Positions 12,301 to 24,300 of a stretch of 64,000 nucleotides of DNA are shown one piece after another. How positions within the stretch are numbered: position 1 is the stretch's first letter; the number at the start of each line of letters is the position of its first letter. Origin of the DNA: Mobula hypostoma (Eukaryota). The position numbers and the translations under genes were made by a program. The notes under the pieces were generated by a model that saw only the letters and a program-made list of their open reading frames with translations, had not been told where the DNA came from and did no database searches. The DNA lies in assembly GCF_963921235.1 (NCBI RefSeq), contig NC_086108.1, positions 113,028,001 through 113,092,000 on the forward strand, given 5' to 3'.

Positions 12301-15300
12301 CTCCTCTACTGTAAAGATGAAGCCACACTCAGGTTGGGGGAACAACACCTTATATTCCGTCTGGGTAGCCTCCAACCTGATGGCATGAACACTGACTTCT
12401 CTAACTTCCGCTAATGCCCCACCTCCCCCTCGTACCCCATCCGTTATTTATTTATATACACACATTCTTTCTCTCTCTCTCCTTTTTCTCCCTCTGTCCC
12501 TCTGACTATACCCCTTGCCCATCCTATGTTTCTTTTTCCCCCCTCCCCCCTTTCTTTCTCCCTGGGCCTCCTGTCCCATGATCCTCTCATATCCCTTTTG
12601 CCAATCACCTGTCCAGCTCTTGGCTCCATCCCTCCCCCTCCTGTCTTCTCCTATCATTCTGGATCTCCCCCTCCCCCTGTCACTTTCAAATCTCTTACTA
12701 ACTCTTCCTTCAGTTAGTCCTGACGAAGGGTCGTGGCCCGAAACGTCAACTGTACCTCTTCCTAGAGATACTGCCTGGCCTGTTGCGTTCACCAGCAATT
12801 TTGATGTGTGTTACTAATTTTTATAGTCGCACCATAGAAAGCATTCTTCTAGGGTGCATCACAACCTAGTATGGAATTTGTCCTGTCCAAGACCGAAAGA
12901 AGCTGCAGAAGATCGTGAACAGGACGCAGCACATCACACAAACCAATCTTCCGTCCGTGGACTCACTTTACACCGCACGCTGTTGGAGCAGTGCTGCCAG
13001 GATAATCAAGGACACGACCCACCCAGCCAACAGACTTTTCATCCCTCTTCCCTCTGGGAGAAGGTTCAGGAGCTTAAAGACTTGTATGGCCAGATATGGG
13101 AACAGCTTCTTTCCAACTGTGATTAGACTGCTGAACGGATCCTGACCCGGATCTGTGCCGTACCCTCCAAATATCCGGACCTGCCGCTCGGTTTTTTTGC
13201 ACTACCTTACTTTCCATTTTTCTATTTTCTATTTATGATTTATAATTTAAATTTTTAATATTTACTAATTTTAACTATTTTTAATATCTTTAATATTTAA
13301 TATTTGTGATCCAGGGAGTGTGAAGCGCAGAATCAAATATCGCTGTGATGATTGTACATTCTAGTACCAATTGTTTGGCGACAATAAAGTACAAAGTATA
13401 AAGTATAAAAGTACAAAGTATAAAGCTGCAACATTAACTTCCTGACTTTTGAATTCAGTGGCTTCACTAAAAAAGGCAAGCATATCATACGCCTTTTTAC
13501 CCACACTATCAACTTGAGTAGCCTCTTTCAGGGAGCAATGAACCTGTACCTCAAGGTCCCTCTGCTCATCAACATTGTTCAGGATCCTGCCCTTAACGAT
13601 GTGCTGCTGCTTTATATTTGACCCACCATGGTGCGACCTTTCACATTTGGCCAGGTTAAGCTCCTTCTGCCATTTCTCCGCCCATATCTGATCCATATCC
13701 CACTGTATCCTTTGTCAGTCTTCTACACTCTCCACAGCGCCACCAATCTTCACATCATCTGCAAATTTACTAACTCACCCATTCAGGCATTTCAGATTAA
13801 CACCTCAGCCTTCCCTCTTTTCCGCGAGAGCATCGGACAGAAGAAAAAGAAGTTAGATACTCTGAAATGGCTTCCCGGTGTGCGAAGGACAATGCAGTGA
13901 AACACAATGTTAAACATTGTTTACAGAGATTAACAATATTTGCCACGAAAAGAATGACCTACTGGTTCACCTAGAGGCCCAGGTGGTCCGGGAGCACTGC
14001 TGTCTTCACCTGGAAAGCCCTAATAGTGGAAGGAAAGGAACAGGGATTACCTCTTCAACCTACAACACTTCACAGCAGTACAGTGTCATCAGCGGGACAG
14101 AAATTGAAAGCAGCTTTATATCTCTGATCTACATCATTCTCCTTGTAACTTTCAGACTTCAGATACAGTAGTAGGCCAATTGAGTCCTCTCTGCCTTTCA
14201 ATACCATGATCACCCTCTCCCCATCCTCTCTCATCGCTCATATCTGTTACTATTGTATTGATACTTAGCTTTTGTGTTTTTTCTGTGCTGCATTGGATCT
14301 GGAGTAACAATTATCTAGACCTCCATTACACTGTGTACTGGAGATGACATTACACAATCTGGAAATTTGAAATGTTGAAATTGAACTTCTAAAATTTAGC
14401 TATTTTAAGTGGACGTAAGAAATACAAATACCATGTTCCTTCAAAGTGAGAGGATAATAACTGAAGTTCTCGACCCTTTTAAAGTTTTAAGTTCTAATCT
14501 CTGACTGTGATTTGAAATATTTTGCAGTAGGTACAATCAGCAGTTGGAAACAAATCCAATGTCACATTCTTTGTCAAAACATCAGAAATATCAGGCCCTG
14601 CTACCCCTCAGTGTTGTCAATATGAGCATGGCTGATCTGCTCCAGGCCTCATCTCCCTTTCTCCAGTTCCCTATCACCCCAGTCCCTTCATCTCTTAAAC
14701 ATTTCTCTCCCTCCTCTTTAAACCACCCTCCCACCAGTGATCCAGTCTCCACACCCTCTAGGGTGGAGAATTCGAGATTCACCTCTTTTTGTGAGTGAAT
14801 GTTCCTACAAATTTCAGCTATGTGGAACCACCCTCCTTTCTTGTAACAATGCACAAGAGTGGACACAAAAACAGTGATAGCCCCTCAGTCCTGTCCCTCC
14901 ATTCAATGTGACCATGGATGATCTACCCCCAGGCCTCATCTCCCCTTCTGTGCCAGTTCCCCCATTGTCCTCAGTCTCCTGATCAGTAAAACATTTCTCT
15001 CCCTCCTTAGATCTGCCCGCCAATCCAGCCAGGGTTCGTGACACAGAGAGCATGGATCTCACTTACCTTCTCACCCTTGGGTCCTGGTGGCCCAGAAGGT
15101 CCCGCTGGTCCTTGGTGACCCTGAGACAGAAGCACAGGTCATTTATAAATTGTTGTAGAAGTTTTGAAAGGTGTTTTGTAGCCTAGTGAAAAGAATTGTT
15201 TACTGACCTGCAGTAAAGCTTAAGTCTGACTGAGATTTAAACTTTGACTGTGATTTAAACTTAGATTTTGACTGTGCATTGAAACGTACAATGAAGAATG

Positions 15301-18300
15301 TCGTTTGCTTTAACAACCAACACAACGCCAAGGGACGGCACGGCGGCGCGGTGCTATTACAGAGCCAGCGACCCCGGCTCAGTCCTCACCGCTCTCCGTG
15401 TGCAGTTTGTATGGTCTTCCTGTGACTGGGAAGATGTTGCTCCTCCAACCTGAGGGTGGCCCCATGGCAACAGTGGAGGAGGCCATGGACTGGCATGTTG
15501 GAATGGGAATGGGAAGTGGAATTAAAATGGCTGGCCACTGGGAGATCTCGCTTTTTCTGGCGCATGGAGCTTAATACAAGGGGGGCATAACTTTAAGGTG
15601 ATTGGAGGCAAGTATAGGGGGGATGTCAGAGGTGAGTTTTCTACACTGGCAGTGGTGGCTGTGTGGAAAGTGATGGAGGTGGGGACATTTAAGAGACTCA
15701 CAGACAGACATATGAATGCAAGAAAAACAAGGGGTTATGGCTGCATGGGAGGGAAGGAGAAGGTGCAGTAGGTTAAAAAGGTCAGCACAACATTGTGGGC
15801 CAGGTGTCTGTACTACGCTATACTCTTCTATGTTTCATGTTCTAGCTTCTGAGTTGTCTCAATGCTAACTTTGCCACAAAATTTATGTCTAATGTCAGAG
15901 AAGATTAGATAAATTAGCTTTAATTGTCACAGGTGCATTAAAAACACTGGAACATTGGGTAGCGGGGTGGGGATACGTCTCTACATAGTAGGTGTAAGAC
16001 ACTCCTTCTCTCTGCCAGCCTGCAGGTCACCTTTGGGCAAGGTGTAGAACCTGCTTCGCCCCAGATCAGGGTCACGTGAACCCATGGGAGTGGGTGGTGG
16101 ATGGTTGTATGAGCAGTTGGTGCATATCACAAGTCCTAGTTACACGATGATCTCTGAAGAGTATTGATAACGTCTGGGGTCACCCGTCTTGTAAAGACAC
16201 TGCCCAGGAGAAGGCAATGGCAAACCACTACTGTAGAAAAATTTGCCAAGAACAATGATGGTCATGGAAAGGTGATGATCGTCTGCGTCATACAACACGG
16301 CACGTAACAAACAAACATTGAAATATACACCGTAGACGCCATTTGCGTCAATGATCAGTGCAGACCGAGGATGTGCTGGGGGCAGGCTGCAAGTGTCACT
16401 GTGCTTCCTGTGCCAACACGGTGACCCACAGCTCACTATCCCTAAGCCATACTTCTTTGGAATGTGGGAGAACCCGGAGGAAACCCACGCGGTCACGGGG
16501 AGAATGTACAAACTCCTTACAGACAGCAGCGCGAATTGAACCTGGTTTTCTGGAGCTGAAATTGTGTTCTGTTGACTGCTACGCTATTGTGCCATTTTAA
16601 GACATTAGTAACTGTTATCATTTAACACGATCTGTAAGCTCATGCCAACCCTTCTCTCCAACTGAAGACACGAAAGCAGGGGCTTCCCAACATTTTCATG
16701 GCATGGACTCCTAACACAAATCAAGGGGTTGGTTGCACTAAAGTGACTACAGATGCTGTAATTCTGCGGGGTCTTGGTCCAAAATGTCAAGAATCAACCA
16801 CTACTACGTCAACTCAGGCCTAGGGGCTGGTGTCGGGCACGATGACGGACTCTTCACTTCTCCCTCTCCCTCATCAGTGTGTTCAGTTCATCTACATTAG
16901 CCGCGCCGCTGTCTTCTAGGAGCGTGTTGACCATAGTCTTGAGAGGGCGCCAGGGTTCATCATCCCGTGCTTGGGCTCCCGTATGATGACTAGGCTGGCA
17001 GGTAGCTCGGGGTGGCGTAGACAGTGCCCCGCTAGTTGCAGTCTTCTCGCCTCGATCTTGATCAAGGATCAAGGTTCATCTTTATTCATCATATATATCT
17101 ACAAGTATTAGGAATTTGCTGTGGTGTGCTGGTTGGGGTGTGACATGCAACAAAAAACAATATTCAACAATTATAAAGTATAAAAGATTGTATAAAAAAA
17201 TAAAGTTAGAGGTTAAAGTACCAATATGGAATAAAATGTGCATAAATACATAAATATCATTAAGTACTGACAATGTAACAGCATTATAAAAGGTGCTTTA
17301 AAGTGTCTACAGTGCAGTGACTGAGGTAATAGAGTGGGATGGAGAGGGGGTCTAATTAGAATAGTTAATCAGATTATCGGTCTGGGGGGCGGGTAGAAAA
17401 GTTTAAGGTGGCATAAAGATTTTGTATTAATAGCCCCATAGTTCTGTCCAGAAGGGAGCTTTTGGAAAAGACAGTTTACTGGGTGGACAGTCTCCGCAAT
17501 GATATTTCAATATGAAGGAAAACATTGACTGTACACTTGCTCCATGGCTGCTTTCTGTCCTGCAGAATTTGTGTGTTTTGATCCCTGTCTCTATAACGTG
17601 GTCCAAAACTTCCCGCTGCAGTGACCTCTGTGCCCCATCACTTCTGACCTTGTAGATGTACCTGCACATCTCTCCCCAGCAGTCTCCTCTCTTCTCTGAC
17701 TCTCTCCCAGAACCTTCCGTCTTCCCCTTGCTCTCCCAGAACTCTCCATCTTCCCCCTCTGACTCTCTCCCAGAACCCTCACTCTTCTCCTCTCAGACTC
17801 TCTCCCAGAACCCTCCATCTCCTCTCAGACTCTCTCCCAGAAACCCCCATCTTCCCCCTGACTCTCTCCCAGAACCCTCCCTCTTCTCCCCTCAGACTCT
17901 CTCCCAGAACCCTCCCTCCACCCCTCTCAGACTCTCTCCCAGAAACCCCCATCTTCCCCCTGACTCTCTCCCAGAACCCGCCCTCTCCCTTTCACTCTCT
18001 CCCAGAACCCTCTCTTTTTCCCTCTCTGACTCTCTCCCAGAACCCTCCCTCTTCCCCATCTCTTTCTCTTTCCCTCTCTGACTGCCCAGAGCCTCCTCTT
18101 CCCTCTTCCTGACTCTCTCTCTCCCACTCTTTCTCTCTCTTTCCCTCCTTGACTCTCCCTCTTCCTATCTCTGACTCTCTCCCAGAACCCTAAACACAAG
18201 AACTTCTGCAGATGCTGGAATTCCAGATCTACACACAGAATATTGTTAGCAGGTCGGGCACCAGCAATGGAGGAGAATAAGCAGACGATGGTTCGGGCTG

Positions 18301-21300
18301 AGACCATTCACCAAGATTGGAAAGGAAAGGGGAAGATGTCAGAATAAGGTGGTGAGGAAGAGGGGACCACCCTGCTCCCCTCTTTGATTCTTTCCCAGAC
18401 CCGCTCTCTTTCCTGCATTCTCTGGTCTCAGGTTTTGTTTGATAACTCTCCTGCAAAGCATCGTTGGTTATTTTCCCAGATTGAAGACAATACGTTAAGG
18501 TAGGTTGTTATGTTCGTCTGCTCACCTGGTATCCCGGAATCCCTGGTTCTCCCACCGGGCCCATCAGACCAGGAGATCCCTACACAAACACAGATAATTA
18601 GTGCAGAGAACAATTATTTATTTATTATTTTATTTTATTTAGAGATACAGCATGGAACAGGCCCTTCTGGCCTTTCAAGGCACACTGTTTGACAATCCAC
18701 TTTTTTTTTATAGGCTCATGAGACCATGGATTTGCGCTTTGGAAGGTTTCCAGGGCGCAGGCCTGGGCAAGGTTGTATGGAAGACCAGCAGTTGCCCATG
18801 CTGCAAGTCTCCCCTCTCCACGCCACTGATGTCGTCCAAGGGAAGGGCATTAGGACCCATACAGTTTGGCACCAGTGTCGTCGCAGAGCAGTGTGTGGTT
18901 AAGTGCCTTGCTCAAGGACACAACACATTGTCTCCGCCAAGGCTTGAACTAGCGACCTTCAAATCACTAGATGAACACCTTAACCACTTGGCCACTCGCC
19001 AATGCGACAATCCACCATTTTAATCCGAACCTAATCATGGCAAATTTATAATGAACAATTAATATTCTAACCAGTACATATTTGGACTGTGGGAGGAAAC
19101 TGGAGCACCAGGGAAAAACCATGTATTCCATGGAAAGGAACGTACAAACTCCTTACAGTGGATGCCAGGATCAAACTTCAAACTCCGATACACCGAGCTG
19201 TAATAGTGTTGTATTAACCATTAAACTACTGTGGCGTTGTGATAGAAAAACTGGGAACATGCGATTTTTGTGTAGTGTCCTGAAGATGGAGGATTGCCTG
19301 TGTGAGTGAGTGGCTGGGTGGACGGAGCAATGGGCTTGTTTTGTTGTTGTTGTTTTGTTATTGTTGTTTTGTTGTTGTTGTTTTTGTTGTGTTGCTGCTG
19401 AGCACTGTGGACGTGCTATGCTGGTGCCAGAATGTGTGGTGACACTTGCGGGCTCCTTCGGTTGTGTTGGTTGTTTGGGATTCTAGATTCAAAATTGTTT
19501 ATTACCATTCTTCAGTAGGAATGTACAGGAGAATGAAATGATTGCTGCTCTGGACCCAATGCAGCATAGAAAACACAATGTATTAGAAGAACACAATAAA
19601 CTTAAATATAAAAGCAGACCGATAAAATACAATGTGTAGCTTGGGGAAAAGTTGCTCCCATTCGGAGGCTTTCCTGCAGGCAATGTTTTCCCGACAGCAA
19701 GCATATTTGAAAGTTTGACTCCCAAAGTTGTTAAGAAATAATTCAGGAAATATGCAGCTCGGATTTTCCGACTAATTTCCAACAACTTCGGGTGTCAAAC
19801 GCTACCTAGATAAATGTTTTCGGAATTACTTCCAAAACACAATGCAGAAGTAACTCACACAAAATGCCTGAGAAACTGTGGAGAGGAATAAACGGATGAT
19901 GACGTTTCGGGCCAAGACCCTTCATCAGGACTCAATGATCCAGTCTTGATGAAGGGTCCTGGCCTGAAACATTGACTGTTCATTCATCTACACAGACGCT
20001 GCCTGATCCGCTGAGTTCCTCCAGCATTTTGTGTGATTTCCAGCATCTCATGTGCAGAATCTCCTGTGTTTTCGTACAAGTAACTGTTTAAGTGTGGCCA
20101 TATATAGGGCAGCGCAGTACCACCGTGGTTAGCACAATGCTTTACAGTACTAGTGACCCAGGTTCAGTTCCCACTGCTGCCTGTAAGGAGTTTGTACTTT
20201 CTCCCCGTGTGTGTGTGGGTTTTCTCCGGTTTTCTCCCACAGTCCAAAGGTGCGTAGGGTAACGTAATTGGAAGAAATGTACAAAATTCACAGCCACTGA
20301 CATTGAGTTGGGGTTCGGCTTTAAGAGGCTGGTCTGACACGATGGCATTGTTATGCAAGGATTGTGAGCGCACTTATGTGTTACGGGTTTCATTCGACAT
20401 AAGATGCCTCACTTCGTTTTATTTGCAAAAACCTACATTGATGAGCCCGATGCTCTAGGCCGATTCCAGAGTTATTGAACATGTGGGCCAACACAGTCGC
20501 TTTGAAACTGCCGGAGGTTAGGGAGCAAAATGTGGTCACTTGGGTTGTACAAGCCGTGGTCCAGTTCACACTGTGAGAAATCACCGCCAATGACACCAAA
20601 TTCTACCACATGGTGGTGTTGCTCGGCAGTTGTGAGAGTGGTGAGTCACCTACCTGAACACAATAAATGCTGGGCGCTGGAAACTCACCTTTTACAGACT
20701 TTGGGACTAGCGGAGTCTGAGCACACCAAACAGTTGCTGTCCTTGCCTGGTCTCAGCGATACTAAGCCTTCAGAGCTAATGGATCACATGCTGTGTCTCC
20801 TGGCAAATCACCATCCCTGTTTTATTTTTAAAGAACTTCTCAGGCAGCAAGTGCCTGATCAAGTTCACCTAGCCCTCGCTAATGCACCCATGAAGGACTA
20901 TAGGGAGCTTGCTAAAATGGCTGACAGTCTACACTCAGCTAGGCAGTGGCGCATCATTCCTCTTCCTTTCTCTACCTCAATAAGCCTGGTCAGCAAGGCC
21001 CTCAACATAAGGATGCCCACGGCTACAAAACAATGCCGAACCTCTGTATATATCACGCTCACTTTGGCATGAACACGAGGAAATGCTGACCACCTTTAAG
21101 CTTTGACACCGCCAGCACATCAGAGATCTGCAAACGCTGTGGGTTTCAGCTGTCAGGGTTGTCTACTGTTCATTAAGGACATCCTTTTAGGGTGACACTT
21201 TCTGTGTGGCGCAGGTGTTCAAGTGAGCGTACTACTGGCATCGCTTATTGATGAGAAGGCAAAGAGTGACAAAACCTCATAGGAGGCCGTCAACGGGGGC

Positions 21301-24300
21301 AAGATCCAGACTTACGTGACACGACAGGGGACATTCTGCTTCAGTGGGCGACGTTACACATGGTGGCTAGACCTCTGCTCAGTGCAGATTTCCTGCGTGC
21401 CCGAAGATTATTAGTCAATCTTAAGAAATGCTGGCTTGTGGATGTCAAAGGTTTTGAGTCGTAACCCTGCTCCCCTAGTAACTTCCCCACAATGACTGAG
21501 TTTGTCTGACTGCTGGACAAATTCCCAAACGTCACCAAGTCCACTTTCTCCACTACAGTCATAAAACATGGGGCTAAGCATCAAATTTCTACAACTAGCC
21601 TGCCAGTCCATGCCTGCACATGTTGACTGGACCCAGAAAAGCTAGGAACCATGAAGGCTGAGTTTTCCAACACGAACAGACTCGGCATTGCATGCCGGTC
21701 GAGTAGCCCCTGAGTTTTGCCCCTCCTTATGGTCCCTAAGTCCGATGGTGGTTACCGCCCATGTGGTGATTACTGACGCTTTAACGGGGTCATCAACCAC
21801 CTCCCTCACCCACACCCCCACCATTATTGCCTGGTTCCACGTATGCAAGACTTTTCGGCACATTTAGCCAGAAAGTTAATTTTTTTCCAATGTTGATCTA
21901 GTTAGGGGCTACCATCAGGTACCTGCGCACTCAAAGGACATTCCTACAACAGCTGTGATAATCCTTTTTGAGTTTCTGTGCATGCCGTTTGGACTGTGAA
22001 AATGCAGCATAAGCTTTCCAACAGCTGATGGACTCTGTATTGAAAGACTTAGATTTTCTTTTTGTTTTCCTGGATGACATACTTGTTGCCAGTGCTTCCA
22101 AATCTGAACACGTATCTCATCTCTATACACTCTTCAAGTGCTTAAGCCCACACGGGTTGATTATTAACTCTGCTAAATGACAGTTTGGGTTGTCAATCAT
22201 TGACTTTCTCGGCCACTGCATCTCCAGAGAAAGTGCAAAACTCCCAACAAAAGTAGCCGTTGTTATGGATTTCCCAGTACCCTGCACTGCTAAAAAGCTA
22301 CAGGAGTTTTTAGGAATAGTAAATTTCTATCACTGCTTCATTCCACGAGCTGCTGATCTTATGCTCGCCCTGTGATGATGGTTGATTCTTCGCAGGAGAG
22401 AAGAAGAGACCTCAGGAGTGATGACAGGATAGTTGGTAATTGTAGAGGCCCTCGAATAGTGCACAAAGACAATGCCCCTTATCACATGCTTGAATGGTCA
22501 CGTACATGACCCGGGCACTTGATGACACCAAACAAGCTCTTTCTAATACAACCCTACGGGTGCACCGGCTCCCCAATGCACCCATAGTCACCAGGTTACT
22601 GGCGATGCCTCAGACGATGCTGTGGGTGCTGTGCATGAACAGTTTGTCAAAGGCGTGTGGCAGCAGCTCACCCTCTTCCGTCTCAGCTCCAACCCCCAAA
22701 ACGAGGTACAGCATGTTTGACCGTGATCTTATTGGTCTCTATCTGGCTGTCCGCCATTTTCATTTTCTTCTAGAGGGACGCCATTTCACACCGTATATTG
22801 ACCACAAATTCCTCGTGCGTGTGATGGCCAAAATATCAGACCTTGGTCTGCACAGCAGCGATGCCACCTGGCCTACATGTCCGAGTTCACAACGGATACG
22901 CACCATATGAGGGGGAAAAGTGATGGCGTGCCTGATTGCCTCTCATGGACAGCCATTGAGGCCGTACACATTGGGATTGACTATGCCGGCATGGCAGCAG
23001 ATCAAGCTACCAACCCAGAGGTCCAGGCTTACCGAACAACAGTCACAAGCCTGAGGTCGGCTGATATCAAGTTTGGAGAAGGTGGAGTTTCTCTCCTGTG
23101 CAATGTCTCAACCGGTCCCCCTCACCCCATTGTGCCCACAAATTGGAGATGGACTATTTTTGATTCCATACATGGCCTCTTGCATCCAGCAACTGGTTGC
23201 AATGAAGTTTGCTTAGCACCCCCAGAAAGGATGTGCACAATTGGACTGCAGCCTGGGTGGAGTGCCAGTGGGCAAAGATTAGTGGCCATGCTCAGGCACC
23301 ATTGGCACCTTTTGAGGTCCCTGAGTGATGGCTTAACCATGTCAATGTGGATCTTGCTGGTTCTCTTCCCCACTCCTGTGGTTTCGTGCAGCTTCTTACC
23401 ATGGTGACCATACCACCAATTGGCCAGAGGTCACCCCTCTAGCATCGGTGCTGACCACAGACATGGCTCGGGTGTTCATCTCCTGGGCTGCTTGGTTTGC
23501 TACCCCCTCTGATATTTCCTCTGACCGCAGTCCCCAATTCATTTCAGACCTCTGGGCTGCAATGGCCAAGAACCTCAGTGCTGGGCTGCATCACGCCATG
23601 GCATATCACCCGCAGTCCAATGGCCCAATGCGAGTGCCTTTCACTGCTCCTTAAAGGCTGCTGTGAGGACTTCGCTGACCGATGAGTATTGGCATGATCA
23701 TCTCCCATGGGTCCTGCTGGGGCTCAGAACAGCCCCGAGAGAGGATGTGCAGTCGCCTGCGGCTGAGCTGATAGAAGGGCAGCCATTCTGAGTGCCAGGT
23801 GATTTAATTCCTGATGCCACAACCTCCTGGTACACGACATCACCCTCCTCAGTATAGTTAATTCCTTTTCACCTGTTCCTACCTCCCATCACAGCGTACT
23901 GCACTCTTGGGTTCCTGTTGACCTATGTTCTGCCTTGTTTGTCTTTGTCCGTAATGACACACACCAACGTCCCCTAGACCCCCTTACAATGGCCCATTCT
24001 GTGTTTTGGATCGGGGGAGAAAAGACTTTCATCATAGCTAAGAAGGGTAAACCTGAATGTATTTCGATAGATCGCCTTAAACCAGAGAACCGAGATTTGG
24101 AGTATTCTGCCGGAGTGCCACTTCTGGGCGGCTCGTCCGAGCTCCAGACAGACTCACATCGCTGGTTTTAGTGAATACTGGGGGAGGCGGTGGGGGCTGT
24201 GGAGGTAACATAATTGGTAGAGATGTACATAATTCACAACCACTGACATTGAGTTGGGGTTTTGCTTTAAGAGGCTGGTCTGATGTGATGACATTGTTAT

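Noticed and set aside
18703..19001. Functional tRNA genes at A/B-box-like sequences
   Set aside because: They are SINE heads followed by SINE bodies; no complete cloverleaf seen
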